Assembly: GCA_965215375.1 (NCBI GenBank)
Contig: CBDCDO010000001.1
Coordinates: forward strand, 893,567-957,566
Reading direction: 5' to 3'
Source: Dehalococcoidia bacterium
GTDB taxonomy: Bacteria > Chloroflexota > Dehalococcoidia > Bin125
Length of the DNA: 64,000 nt
Shown here one piece after another: positions 18,171 through 27,795 of the stretch; within the stretch, counting starts at the first letter, position 1; each line of letters opens with the position of its first letter. A program made the position numbers and the translations under genes. A model generated the notes under the pieces. The model ran no database searches, was not told the origin of the DNA, and worked only from the letters and a program-made list of their open reading frames with translations.

Positions 18171-19455
18171 CCTCCTCAGGTGCCGACGGTTCGTCGGAAG
18201 CCTCACCACTCTCAATTTCAGGAATGTCCTCGTCGACCGATTCAGGCTCAACCACATTCGTCAAGGTGACGATGAACGTGTCCGGCAACAGCGAGACCAG
18301 GTTGATGCCCGCCGGTGGCGTCCAGTTCAGCTCGATTCGGTGTTGACCGGACGCGTATCCGTTCAGGTTGACACGGATCGGGCTCAATGGCCCTTCCAAT
18401 TCTGACACTACCGCAACTGGACCGTGCAACGTCGCGCGAACCGTCAGCGGCGACGCAAACACAAGCTCCAGCCCAGGACGCAGCGCGAACGCCTCAACCC
18501 GGATCGGAAGCGTGACCGAGGTCATCACAGGCTCGATCGCAACCAGCACCGTCGTCGTGACATCAGCGTCGCCAGCCGGAGCCGCGCCATCGGCGAACAC
18601 GAGCTCCACTCGACTCAAGATGTCCGTCACACGACCACCCACGTCGATCGGCTCGGTCGACACCTCCATCTCAGCATCCAGATCATCAACCGCGACCAAC
18701 ACATCAACCGTCGCCGGCGATGCTTGGATCACACGAACGCGATACCCGTCAGATGGCACGCCGACCACGTTCGGCAAAATCGACGCCGTGCGCCTGAACA
18801 GCTCTTGCTCAATCGGAACCCGCACCTGTGCGAATCGCGGATTGACCAGCACTTGCGTCACCGCCCCGCCTGCCGCGGTCCGAGCCTCTAGTGTCACCTC
18901 ACGCTCGATCGTGGCCGTCGCGCCGCCCAAGTCCAAGCGAGCCACCACCGTCTCCACCGCCTCGACCTCGGCCGCAATGCCCGAGACGGTTGCCACGTCG
19001 GGCAGCGCCTCGGCCGATCCGATCTGAAATCCCAATGGCGGCAAGTTGAATGGCTCGACCACGACCGGCACCTGTCGCTCGACCGATTCCTGCAACAGGA
19101 CAACCGCGGTCTCAGGCAGGACCGCGCGGACACGGACATTGCCCTCGAGCGTTTCCACGCGCACCGGCAGACTGTGCCGACCCGCCACGCGATTGCGCAA
19201 CGACACGGTCGCGTGGAAATGGTCGGGTCGCGCCGACTCTACATCCGCCTCGCGTCCCACCACCGTCACGGTCACCGGCAACGGATCCCCAGCTACGACC
19301 AAGTCTGACCCCAACTCTTCCACTTCCACATTCAAACTGAATCCCAGGCGCGCCTCGATCTCCTGATTCTCCGTATCCGCAATCACAAACCAGACGATGA
19401 ACGCCAACACCGCCACGGTCAGCAGCAGCGTCGCCTCTTGGACCACTCGTCGCAC
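18157..19455 (-). CDS. YbbR-like domain protein (CdaR, regulator of diadenylate cyclase)
   Basis: N-terminal TM helix followed by repeated beta-rich YbbR-like modules; immediately downstream of cdaA, as in cdaA-cdaR operons. Confidence 0.65.
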   Translation of the reverse strand: MRRVVQEATLLLTVAVLAFIVWFVIADTENQEIEARLGFSLNVEVEELGSDLVVAGDPLPVTVTVVGREADVESARPDHFHATVSLRNRVAGRHSLPVRVETLEGNVRVRAVLPETAVVLLQESVERQVPVVVEPFNLPPLGFQIGSAEALPDVATVSGIAAEVEAVETVVARLDLGGATATIEREVTLEARTAAGGAVTQVLVNPRFAQVRVPIEQELFRRTASILPNVVGVPSDGYRVRVIQASPATVDVLVAVDDLDAEMEVSTEPIDVGGRVTDILSRVELVFADGAAPAGDADVTTTVLVAIEPVMTSVTLPIRVEAFALRPGLELVFASPLTVRATLHGPVAVVSELEGPLSPIRVNLNGYASGQHRIELNWTPPAGINLVSLLPDTFIVTLTNVVEPESVDEDIPEIESGEASDEPSAPEEDARE

Positions 19456-20397
19456 TTACGGTCCTGTCGCGTCTCCGCCGGCGGTCGACGGAGCTCGGCC
19501 ATGCCGACCTAACGAGCGGTCCAGCAGCGGTACGTTTAGCCGGTCGCCCCAACGTCGCGTGTTCAACAGCCTGGTCAACTCTCTCTCCAGCTCGGTCCTC
19601 GAAAGCGGCGACGTCAACATCCCTCCTGCTGCCACGGTGATATGACCCGTCTCCTCCGACACCACCACAGCGATCGCATCCGTTTCTTCAGAAACGGTCA
19701 GCGCGGCCCGGTGTCGAGTACCGAGATGCACTCCTGACCTTCCGCTGCCAGAACCGCGAACACCGAACTCGGCAGCCGGCGTGGGAATGAACACCCCCGC
19801 CGCGACGACCTCCGACGGTCGAAGCAGCACCGCGCCGTCGTGCAGCGGCGACCCGCGCCAGAAGATGCTCTCCAACAGCTCAAACGTTGGTTCCGCACCG
19901 AGCCGAACGCCCGAGTCCGCGAGCTCCTCCAGGCCCGTATTGCGCTCGAAGACAAACAATCCACCTACGCGCTTCTCCGACATCTGGCCCGCGGTCAACG
20001 CCATTAGCGGAATCAGCATCTGATACGGCTGTCGCAGACTGCCCCAATTCCGCATTCCACCAGCGCGACCAACATGCTCGAACGCCCGTCGGAACTCGGG
20101 CTGAAACACCAACAACACCACAATCAACAACACCGCGAGCGCATTCTCAACGATCCAATCCAGGACAATCGAGTCAATCAAGCGGCCGATAATCAGAATC
20201 GCCAACACGACTAGGACCATGCCGCGAATCACCGACATCGCCGTCGTCCCACGCAACAGACGCAGACCCGCATAGAAGACCACCGTGATCACGGTCACCT
20301 CAAGTGCGTTCATCCAACTGAAATCACCAAACGTGATCTCAATGTCGGTGATCAGATCGCCCACGCCGACAGCCTCAGTTCCGCGAGCCCCAAACAA
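19456..20397 (-). CDS. cdaA: diadenylate cyclase CdaA (c-di-AMP synthase), with C-terminal extension
   Basis: Three N-terminal TM helices plus a DisA_N domain (GAVLLRPSE...HLGTRHRAALTVSEETDAIAVVVSEETGHITV). Confidence 0.8.
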   Translation of the reverse strand: MFGARGTEAVGVGDLITDIEITFGDFSWMNALEVTVITVVFYAGLRLLRGTTAMSVIRGMVLVVLAILIIGRLIDSIVLDWIVENALAVLLIVVLLVFQPEFRRAFEHVGRAGGMRNWGSLRQPYQMLIPLMALTAGQMSEKRVGGLFVFERNTGLEELADSGVRLGAEPTFELLESIFWRGSPLHDGAVLLRPSEVVAAGVFIPTPAAEFGVRGSGSGRSGVHLGTRHRAALTVSEETDAIAVVVSEETGHITVAAGGMLTSPLSRTELERELTRLLNTRRWGDRLNVPLLDRSLGRHGRAPSTAGGDATGP

Positions 20398-20459
20398 CCA
20401 TCATGCGAACCATCGTGCCAACATCGGCGCCCACCGGCGCCCACCGGCGGCGAGCATTA

Positions 20460-20486
20460 GGTAAACGTCACCGAAAGTGACACAGG
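20460..20486 (-). terminator. possible terminator hairpin after argF
   Basis: Minus strand forms a GUGUCAC-UUUCG-GUGACGU hairpin followed by UUUACC, between the argF stop (20518) and the cdaA start. Confidence 0.3.
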
Positions 20487-20517
20487 GCAATGTTAAGCGA
20501 AAGGCCGCCTACTCACC

Positions 20518-21432
20518 TTACGCGTCGAACATCCACCCCAACAGCGCCTGCTGCGCGTGCAGCCGATTCTCCGCCTGATCCAACACCACTGACTGCGGAC
20601 CGTCGAGCACATCATCGGTGATTTCCTCGCCCCGATGCGCAGGCAAGCAGTGCATCACCAGCGCATCTGGGGACGCGCTCGCGAGCAGACTCGCGTTCAC
20701 CTGATAGTCAGCGAACGCCTCCAGTCGGACGCGCGCCTCTGCTTCCTGTCCCATCGACGTCCAGGTGTCCGTGTACACCACATCCGCGCCGCTCACCGCT
20801 TCCGCTGGATCGTTCGAGGTCCGCACCGAACCACCAGCCATATCGCCACGCTTGGTCGCTTCAACCAGACTCCCAGAATCGAGCTCATACCCCTCAGGCG
20901 CTGCAACTCGGACGTGCATGCCTTCACCTGCCGCCGCGATGATCAACGACCGAGCCACATTGTTGCCGTCGCCGACATACGCAAGCGTCCGACCGCTCGT
21001 GCCGCCGTGCTCGCGGATCGTCAGCATGTCCGCAAGCGCCTGACATGGATGCTCCCAGTCGCTCAGCGCATTCACAATCGGCACACCCGCCGCCGCCGCC
21101 AGACGGTCAAGATTGTCCTGGTCAAACGTCCGACAAACAATCAGGTCGCAGTACCGACCGGCGACACCACCCACGTCCTCGGGCGACTCGCGCTCACCAA
21201 GCCCCACTTCAGGCGGCGACAGATACAGCGGCCGACCTCCAAGATTCGAGACCGCCAGCTCAAACGACACCCGAGTCCGCAGCGACGGCTTCTGGAAAAT
21301 CAGCAGCGCCACCTTCCCCGCAAGCTCCGTACCACCAGGACGACCCCGCCGCTGTGCCACCTGCGCACGGTCAAGCACCGTCGCAATCTCATCAACCGCC
21401 AGATCACCAATCGTCAACACAGAACGGGTCAT
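20518..21432 (-). CDS. argF: ornithine carbamoyltransferase
   Basis: Motifs SLRTR (carbamoyl-phosphate), HPCQALAD and [10 protein letters not shown]. Confidence 0.85.
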   Translation of the reverse strand: MTRSVLTIGDLAVDEIATVLDRAQVAQRRGRPGGTELAGKVALLIFQKPSLRTRVSFELAVSNLGGRPLYLSPPEVGLGERESPEDVGGVAGRYCDLIVCRTFDQDNLDRLAAAAGVPIVNALSDWEHPCQALADMLTIREHGGTSGRTLAYVGDGNNVARSLIIAAAGEGMHVRVAAPEGYELDSGSLVEATKRGDMAGGSVRTSNDPAEAVSGADVVYTDTWTSMGQEAEARVRLEAFADYQVNASLLASASPDALVMHCLPAHRGEEITDDVLDGPQSVVLDQAENRLHAQQALLGWMFDA

Positions 21433-21585
21433 AAGTCGTCACCTCTCCACCCCACTCTATTCCGTCCCACCCCACCCGAACCCAAACACCCATCACTCCA
21501 GCCTCATCTCCCACAGTCACTCCCGCCCCGACACCGCCGTCATTCTCGACGCCCAAAATCCGTCATACCCGCGCTCCGCCGGAGA

Positions 21586-21768
21586 CCATTGAATTACCCC
21601 TCAACCGCCCCCGCCTCTGACCGGGGGCCTGCTCCTTCCCTGCCCTTTTGCCGGCGGCCATGTTTGTCGCCGGTATCTGGTCAACCGGGACCTATCCGAG
21701 CAGCCTGGGCTTTGCCAAAGCGGGTCCCCGCTCGGGGGCGGGGACGGGAAACTGAGTTACTCAAAGGC
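21586..21768. mobile_element. MITE-like 183-bp element, copy A, with ~12-bp terminal inverted repeats and an internal GTCCCCGC...GCGGGGAC hairpin
   Basis: About 90% identical to the reverse complement of 41353-41533. Ends are CCATTGAATTAC... and ...GTTACTCAAAGG. Confidence 0.6.
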
Positions 21769-21866
21769 CTCCGCAGGCGGGAATCCATCCATGACAGCGT
21801 CACTGCGCCAACCAAAGTCTCGTCACGACCTACTCACAGCCATAGACACGAGACCAGAGGCACTCC

Positions 21867-22355
21867 ATGCCTCCAAACACCACAGCCGATACGTTTGACA
21901 CACCCACCCCACTCACCCCATCCAGACCCATGCCCATCAGCCTCGAAATCCGCCCGCCCCGACCACCAACCAGTGTCGCATCCGACCGTCGGCACTCGCT
22001 CACCCGACTCCGACACGCCTCCGGCTGGCTCCCCGCTGGCGCATCAATCATCCTCGCCCTGACCGCGATGCTCGTGCTCATCGAGCAACACTCCGCCTCC
22101 GCGCCGTCCCCGACCGTTCGCCAGTCAGCCCCGCCGACAGAGGCCCGCGACACCCGCATCGATATCAACACCGCGACCGCCACAGAGCTCCAGACCCTGC
22201 CAGGAATTGGCACATCGCGAGCCCAAGCGATCATCCGTCTCCGAGCCCAACAACCCTTCCGCTCGCTCGCCGAGCTCACCGACCGCGGAGTCCTCACGGC
22301 CACGGAAGTCCGCAGAATCTCCGAACTTGCAACGGCTTATGTCACCCTCGATTAG
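21867..22355 (+). CDS. comEA: competence protein ComEA (helix-hairpin-helix DNA-binding)
   Basis: TM helix plus C-terminal DINTATATELQTLPGIGTSRAQAIIRLR HhH motif. Confidence 0.8.
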   Translation: MPPNTTADTFDTPTPLTPSRPMPISLEIRPPRPPTSVASDRRHSLTRLRHASGWLPAGASIILALTAMLVLIEQHSASAPSPTVRQSAPPTEARDTRIDINTATATELQTLPGIGTSRAQAIIRLRAQQPFRSLAELTDRGVLTATEVRRISELATAYVTLD

Positions 22356-24903
22356 CCCAACGAGGCTCCTGCATCACGCCCGCAGATGGCCCAACCTGCC
22401 TCGACCGTCCTACCACGCACCACTCCTCCACTGGTCACTTGCATTGACCATCGGAGCCGCACTCTCACTCACCGACTCCCAACCATGGATCGTGGCCGCA
22501 GCATGCGCCGTGGTCACCCTATTCGCCGTCACCTCCGCAGCAGGCATGAGCGCACGCACGTCGCTGCGCCGACTCAACCTCACACTCATCCTGCTCACTC
22601 CCATCATGATCGGCATCGGCTTCTGGCGAGCGGAAGCCACACAGCTCGAACCAGAGCGCCTCGGCTGGACCGAACTCAGCGGACAAACCGTCCACCTGAC
22701 CGGCGTCGTCATCGCCGATCCCGAGCTCCGCAGCACCGGCCTCCGCTTGCTCCTCGACGCAGAGTCAATCACGCTCGGCGACGAACACATCAAGATCGAC
22801 GACCAGATCCTGCTCAATATCCCCGAGCCGCTCGCAGTCGAATACGGCGATCGCGTCTCTGTGGAAACCCAGCTCACTCCGACCCTGCCCGCCACCGACG
22901 ACTACCTGCAGTGGCTCGCCGATCAGCGCATCGCCGCAAGTGGACTCGCCCGCTCCGGCAGCCTGGACATCATCGACCAGGCGGACATCCCATGGTGGCA
23001 ATCACTCGCCGCTAATGCCCGCCGAGAACTCAACCACAGCCTCAGAAGCGCGCTGCCGCCGCCACTCTCGGGCATCGCCCAAGGAATGATCACCGGCCGC
23101 CGAGACGCCATCGATCCCGAGCTCCGACAGGATCTCAACGACACCTCCCTCTCGCACCTCATCGTCATCTCTGGCAGCAATCTCACCCTGATCACGACGC
23201 TCGTCATGGCTGCGTCAGCCTGGCTGATCGGCCGACGCCCAGCCGCAATCCTGGCCATCCTCGCCGCGCTCTCCTACGGAACCCTGATCGGTCCCGACCC
23301 GCCAGTCCAGCGCGCCATGTGGATGGCGATCGTCTTCGCCACCGCGCATCTCTTGGGCCGAGGCGCATCCGCCCTCTACGCCATCGTCGCCACGATCGCG
23401 CTCATGGTCGCGATTGAGCCGCACATCATGCTCGACCTCTCGTTCCAGCTCACCGTGGCCGGCACGCTCGGCATCATCCTGCTCATGCCATCGCTCTACC
23501 AAGACTTCCTCAGCGGACAGAGCGGCATCATCGGCTCCCTCAAAGAGGTCGCCGTGGTCACGCTCGTCGCCACGATCGCCACGATGCCACTGATCATCCT
23601 CCATTTCGGACGCTCCGCCCTGATCGGCATCCCCGCCAACGTCCTCGTCGCGCCCCTCTTCCCCTGGATGCTGCTTGGCTCGGCCGCAACCGCGGTGCTC
23701 GGCATAATCTCGGAAAGCCTCGCCTCTGCACTCGGATGGTTCCTTTCCTGGCTCCCACTCCGATGGCTCTACCTCATTGCCGTGGAAGGAGCACAACTGC
23801 CAGGAGCCGGCGACCCCGTCCGAGGATTCGGACACCTCCACCTCCTGCTGATCTACGCAGCAATGCTGCTCGCCTCATGGCGACCGTATCGCGAGCGAAT
23901 AGCCCGCTGGACCCGAGCCCATCCCGTCACCGACCAATCCGCTTCGCAGCGATTCCCACACCTCAGAAACCCACTAAACCAAGTCGGACTCGACTTCATC
24001 CCCAATCTCCGTGCCCACCTCAGCCCGATGCTCCTCAGCGGCATCGGAGCCGCCGTCGCTGGCGCCCTCTGGCTGTCGGCGTGCAGTCCATCTTCTCCGA
24101 CCCTCAGCGTCCACTTCATCGATGTCGGACAAGGCGACGCCGCCCTCATCGTCACACCCGACGATCACACCATCCTGATCGACACCGGTGAGCGCTCCGC
24201 CGACATCCTCGCCGCGCTCCGAACTCACTTGCCAGACAACACCCGCAAGATCGACTTCGTCGTGATCACACATCCACAGTCCGATCACGGAGAAGCCCTC
24301 TGGGCAATCCTCGACGACTACGACATCGACCAAGTGCTGCTCAGTGCGTACGTCGAGACCACACCCTTCGGCCAGCGACTCGTCGAACACCTCAACCACC
24401 AAAAGATCGACACAATCGAAGCGCAACCAGGTCAACAGATCGTGTTCGACGGCGAGACCCCGCTCACCCTCGACATCCTCTGGCCACCAACCGATCGCCT
24501 CACTCCCGAGCAGCTCGCAGACCCAAACGCCGCCTCAATCGTGCTTCGCGCTCGATACGGCGATGCGGCCTTCCTCTTCACCGGCGACATCAACGTTGAG
24601 CAAGAGCTCGAACTCGTGCGCGCGCCCTGTCCCGGCTCCTCGGAACCGTGCGAGCTCCGTGCCGACGTCCTCAAGGTCGCGCATCAAGGCAGCCGATACT
24701 CCTCCGCCATGCGCTTCCTCGAATCCGTCCGACCCTCCCTCGCAATCCTCAGTGCCAGCGCCGGCAATCCATACGGTCACCCGCACGTAGAAGTCCTTCA
24801 ATCGCTCCGTCACGTCGGATCAAGGCCGCTCCTGACCGCGGAGCACGGCGACATCACGGCTACGACCGACGGCAACACCATCGCGCTCACGACTGACCGA
24901 TGA
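22339..24903 (+). CDS. comEC: DNA internalization competence protein ComEC/Rec2 with C-terminal metallo-beta-lactamase domain
   Basis: Polytopic competence domain, then HFIDVGQGDA...ITHPQSDHGEA...HQGSRYSS...HPH MBL motifs. The track ORF starts earlier (22207), overlapping comEA. Confidence 0.85.
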   Translation: MSPSISPTRLLHHARRWPNLPRPSYHAPLLHWSLALTIGAALSLTDSQPWIVAAACAVVTLFAVTSAAGMSARTSLRRLNLTLILLTPIMIGIGFWRAEATQLEPERLGWTELSGQTVHLTGVVIADPELRSTGLRLLLDAESITLGDEHIKIDDQILLNIPEPLAVEYGDRVSVETQLTPTLPATDDYLQWLADQRIAASGLARSGSLDIIDQADIPWWQSLAANARRELNHSLRSALPPPLSGIAQGMITGRRDAIDPELRQDLNDTSLSHLIVISGSNLTLITTLVMAASAWLIGRRPAAILAILAALSYGTLIGPDPPVQRAMWMAIVFATAHLLGRGASALYAIVATIALMVAIEPHIMLDLSFQLTVAGTLGIILLMPSLYQDFLSGQSGIIGSLKEVAVVTLVATIATMPLIILHFGRSALIGIPANVLVAPLFPWMLLGSAATAVLGIISESLASALGWFLSWLPLRWLYLIAVEGAQLPGAGDPVRGFGHLHLLLIYAAMLLASWRPYRERIARWTRAHPVTDQSASQRFPHLRNPLNQVGLDFIPNLRAHLSPMLLSGIGAAVAGALWLSACSPSSPTLSVHFIDVGQGDAALIVTPDDHTILIDTGERSADILAALRTHLPDNTRKIDFVVITHPQSDHGEALWAILDDYDIDQVLLSAYVETTPFGQRLVEHLNHQKIDTIEAQPGQQIVFDGETPLTLDILWPPTDRLTPEQLADPNAASIVLRARYGDAAFLFTGDINVEQELELVRAPCPGSSEPCELRADVLKVAHQGSRYSSAMRFLESVRPSLAILSASAGNPYGHPHVEVLQSLRHVGSRPLLTAEHGDITATTDGNTIALTTDR

Positions 24904-24936
24904 TCTGTCCGATATCGTTGACATAGAGATCACTGA

Positions 24937-25022
24937 GCCGGGATGGCGGAATTGGCAGACGCGGCGGACTTAAAATCCGCTGGCCTTAGGCCGTGTGGGT
25001 TCGAGCCCCTCTCCCGGTACCA
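24937..25022 (+). tRNA. tRNA-Leu (anticodon TAA), type II with long variable arm, CCA encoded
   Basis: GCCGGGA acceptor, anticodon loop CTTAAAA, long extra arm TGGCCTTAGGCCGTG, GGTTCGAGCCC T-arm, 3' TCCCGGT-A-CCA. Confidence 0.85.
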
Positions 25023-25121
25023 AATCACCTGCTGCACAAAGCACTCGGAACGTCCTAGACTGCGCAACGTAACGGCGCGCCTACGCCAATGTCATGCGCT
25101 GTGCCCAGAAAGGATGCCCCG

Positions 25122-26207
25122 ATGAAAGCTGCAGTCTTCCACGGACCAAACCAAGACCTCACGATCGAAGACGTCGACGTTTCCAAACCCGGCCCGCGAG
25201 AGGTGCTCGTCAAGACCGCCGCTTCGGGCGTCTGCCACTCCGACCTCCACTTCGTCGAGGGACTCTACCCATTCCAGGCGCCTGGCATCCTCGGACACGA
25301 AGCCGCAGGCGTCGTCGAGGAAGTCGGCGATCTCGTTCAGCAGTTCAAAGCTGGCGACCACGTGATCATGTGCCTCTCCGTCTTCTGCGGCAACTGCTCC
25401 TACTGCCTCAGCGGCCGACCCGCCCTCTGCCGAAGCCCAGAGACCCAGCGCCGCCCCGACGAAGACCCGCGCCTCTCCTGGAACGGCAACCCAGTCGCCC
25501 AGTTCGCCAACCTCTCGACCTACGCCGAGTACACACTCGTCCACGAGAACGCGCTCGTCTACGTTGACGACGAAATGCCGCTCGAGCAAGCAGCCCTAAT
25601 CGGTTGCGGCGTGATGACCGGCGCCGGCGCCGCGCTCAACACCGCCAAGGTCCACCACGGCAGCACCGTCGCCGTCTTCGGAGCCGGTGGCGTCGGACTC
25701 TCCGCGATCCAAGGTGCCCGAATCGCTGGCGCAAAGCAGATCATCGCCGTCGACCTCCACGAGCACAAGCTCGCCCTCGCCCGCGAGCTCGGCGCCACTC
25801 ACTCGGTCGACGCCTCCACAGGAGACCCCGTCGCCCAAATCCGCGACATGACCGAGGGTGAAGGCGTCGACTTCTCCTTCGAGGCGATCGGCCTCAAGAC
25901 CGTCGCCGAGCAGTGCTTCGCCGCAATCAAGCGCGGCGGCGTCGCCACAATCATCGGCATGGTCCCGCTCGGACAGAAACTCGAAATCCCCGCTCACGAA
26001 CTCCTTTCCGAAAAGGTGCTCCAGGGCTCCAGCATGGGCAGCAACCGCTTCCGCACCGACATGCCCAACCTGGTCGAGTACTACCGACAGGGCCGTCTCA
26101 TGCTCGACGAAATGGTCACCATCACCGCACCGCTCGAGGACATCAACGAAGCCTTCCGAGCCATGAAAGCCGGAGAAGTCGCCCGAACCGTCCTCACCAG
26201 CTTCTAA
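25122..26207 (+). CDS. zinc-dependent alcohol dehydrogenase (MDR family)
   Basis: MKAAVFHGPNQDL...GVCHSDLH...GHEAAGVVEEVG...CGNCSYCLSGRPALC...VFGAGGVGLSA. Confidence 0.85.
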   Translation: MKAAVFHGPNQDLTIEDVDVSKPGPREVLVKTAASGVCHSDLHFVEGLYPFQAPGILGHEAAGVVEEVGDLVQQFKAGDHVIMCLSVFCGNCSYCLSGRPALCRSPETQRRPDEDPRLSWNGNPVAQFANLSTYAEYTLVHENALVYVDDEMPLEQAALIGCGVMTGAGAALNTAKVHHGSTVAVFGAGGVGLSAIQGARIAGAKQIIAVDLHEHKLALARELGATHSVDASTGDPVAQIRDMTEGEGVDFSFEAIGLKTVAEQCFAAIKRGGVATIIGMVPLGQKLEIPAHELLSEKVLQGSSMGSNRFRTDMPNLVEYYRQGRLMLDEMVTITAPLEDINEAFRAMKAGEVARTVLTSF

Positions 26208-26250
26208 ACCCTCTCGTCCCAGCGAGCAAGCCAAGTCAAAACACCTCAAA

Positions 26251-26270
26251 GCCCCCGCAAAAGCGGGGGC
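26251..26270 (+). terminator. possible terminator stem-loop after the alcohol dehydrogenase gene (no U-tract)
   Basis: gcccccgc-aaaa-gcgggggc perfect 8-bp GC stem. Confidence 0.25.
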
Positions 26271-26465
26271 CCGCTCGCCGAAACGATCCCGCGCCCAAAC
26301 CACAAGCCAAACCCGCGCCTTCCGCGGGTACCTCGCCGATCCCAGCACCATCAGTCGACACGACCGCCAAGAACCAGATCAACGAAAATCGAGCGACCTC
26401 CAACACCCCCAACAAACGATCCCCAAGTTGGAGCCGAGCAAGATGTTCGCTACGCTAAAGCCAAC

Positions 26466-26555
26466 GGAGGGGTGGCCGAGCGGACGAAGGCGGCGGTCTT
26501 GAAAACCGTTAGGCGTGCAAGCGTCTCGGGGGTTCGAATCCCTCCCCCTCCGCCA
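26466..26555 (+). tRNA. tRNA-Ser (anticodon TGA), type II, CCA encoded
   Basis: GGAGGGG acceptor, anticodon loop CTTGAAA, long variable arm, GGTTCGAATCC T-arm, 3' CCCCTCC-G-CCA. Confidence 0.85.
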
Positions 26556-26558
26556 GAC

Positions 26559-27191
26559 CTACGAACCCGTCGTCAGCTCACGAGCCACCGACAGCAACGC
26601 TTCCAGCGCCGTCGGATTCGGCAACGCCGCACCGTACTGATGCACCGCCACCCGCATCCATTTGCCCTGCGGCACAATCTCAAACTGACCGCTCGACCCT
26701 TCTCGCAACAGACCGAGCACCCGCCGATTGACCCGATCATTCCGATCCAGCCGACGCGCCGCCTCAACCGCTGCGCTGTCCGTAGCGTCTGACGCCTGCC
26801 ACTCAAACGTCCGCACCGGACCGAGCTCCTGCTCCGACCGCGACGGCATCGCTCGGAGCGCCGCTCCCCAATCGGCCGACCAGTCCTCGCCCAGCTTCTC
26901 CCGCTCCAACAGCAAATGAGCGCCCACCGCCCGCAACCGACCGCTGTGCGCGGCTCCCTGACCCTCAATCCGACTCAGCAGCGCATATTCAATTTCAGCA
27001 TCCGATACATCCACGGCGGCGACCAGCCGCGCCCCGCCCACAACCACACCCGAGCGCGACAACTCCCGAAACGTCTCCTCCGACGCCGCAGTCGCCGGCA
27101 CCGAATACCGACCCAGCGAGTCAATCAGCGACTCCGTCGCCGCACGATCCGCCCCTCGTCGCAGTCTTCGCCTCAAGCGTCGCAATATCAT
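26559..27191 (-). CDS. hypothetical protein (210 aa)
   Basis: ORF with non-skewed composition; no motif recognised. Ends 4 nt after tRNA-Ser. Confidence 0.45.
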   Translation of the reverse strand: MILRRLRRRLRRGADRAATESLIDSLGRYSVPATAASEETFRELSRSGVVVGGARLVAAVDVSDAEIEYALLSRIEGQGAAHSGRLRAVGAHLLLEREKLGEDWSADWGAALRAMPSRSEQELGPVRTFEWQASDATDSAAVEAARRLDRNDRVNRRVLGLLREGSSGQFEIVPQGKWMRVAVHQYGAALPNPTALEALLSVARELTTGS

Positions 27192-27223
27192 GCAGCAAAT
27201 CTACACCGTCTCAGGAGGCGAAC

Positions 27224-27625
27224 ATGCTCGTCGTCATGCGCAGATTCTGGATCCAAAAGGACTCGTTCGACGAGTTCGAACGACTCAGCAGAGAGGAAAT
27301 CTGGCCGCCGATCGAAGCCGCCGGTGCCCGCATACTCGGCATGTTCCGTGCCGACGAACCTCATCCCAACGACGAGGTGACCGAGCCCTGTGACATGGTC
27401 GTCCTGCTCACCCAATACGTCGACCGTGACCACTGGCACGCCACCCGAGCTCGCCAAGACACCTGGCGAGGACCAGAAGACGTCCGCCAGAAGCTCGCCA
27501 CCGGCGGACGAGCCCGTCACCAACTCGTCCTAACCACACATCCCACCTTCACCGAACCCGTCCACGTCAAGGTCGGAGGCCCCTTCTTCACCTGGAAAGA
27601 AGAACCCATGGGAACCGTCGAATAA
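27224..27625 (+). CDS. NIPSNAP / Dabb-like alpha+beta barrel protein
   Basis: 133 aa with EFERLSREEIWPPIEAAGARILGMF..., the pattern of the ferredoxin-like NIPSNAP family. Weak call. Confidence 0.45.
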   Translation: MLVVMRRFWIQKDSFDEFERLSREEIWPPIEAAGARILGMFRADEPHPNDEVTEPCDMVVLLTQYVDRDHWHATRARQDTWRGPEDVRQKLATGGRARHQLVLTTHPTFTEPVHVKVGGPFFTWKEEPMGTVE

Positions 27626-27673
27626 CCGCCACCCACACTGCCTCCCCAGTTCCGTAACTCCCGCGCCGCGCGC

Positions 27674-27795
27674 GTGAATCTCGATCCACCCAAGACGCCG
27701 TCACCTCACCCATTCACTTCGACGCGCTGCGCCAGTGAATCTCGACCCGTCCGCGACGTTCGTTATGTCACCCAATCACTTCGACGCCCGCAGCG
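27674..27795. repeat. imperfect ~58-bp tandem duplication (GTGAATCTCGAyCC...TCACCCAwTCACTTCGACGC), x2
   Basis: Two adjacent units at 27674-27731 and 27735-27795. The second overlaps the 3' end of the methyltransferase gene. Confidence 0.5.

Noticed and set aside
24943-25125. 60-aa ORF
   Set aside because: Overlaps tRNA-Leu(TAA) almost entirely.
27674-27795. CRISPR array
   Set aside because: Only two imperfect ~58-bp units with no unique spacers and no cas genes anywhere in the window.
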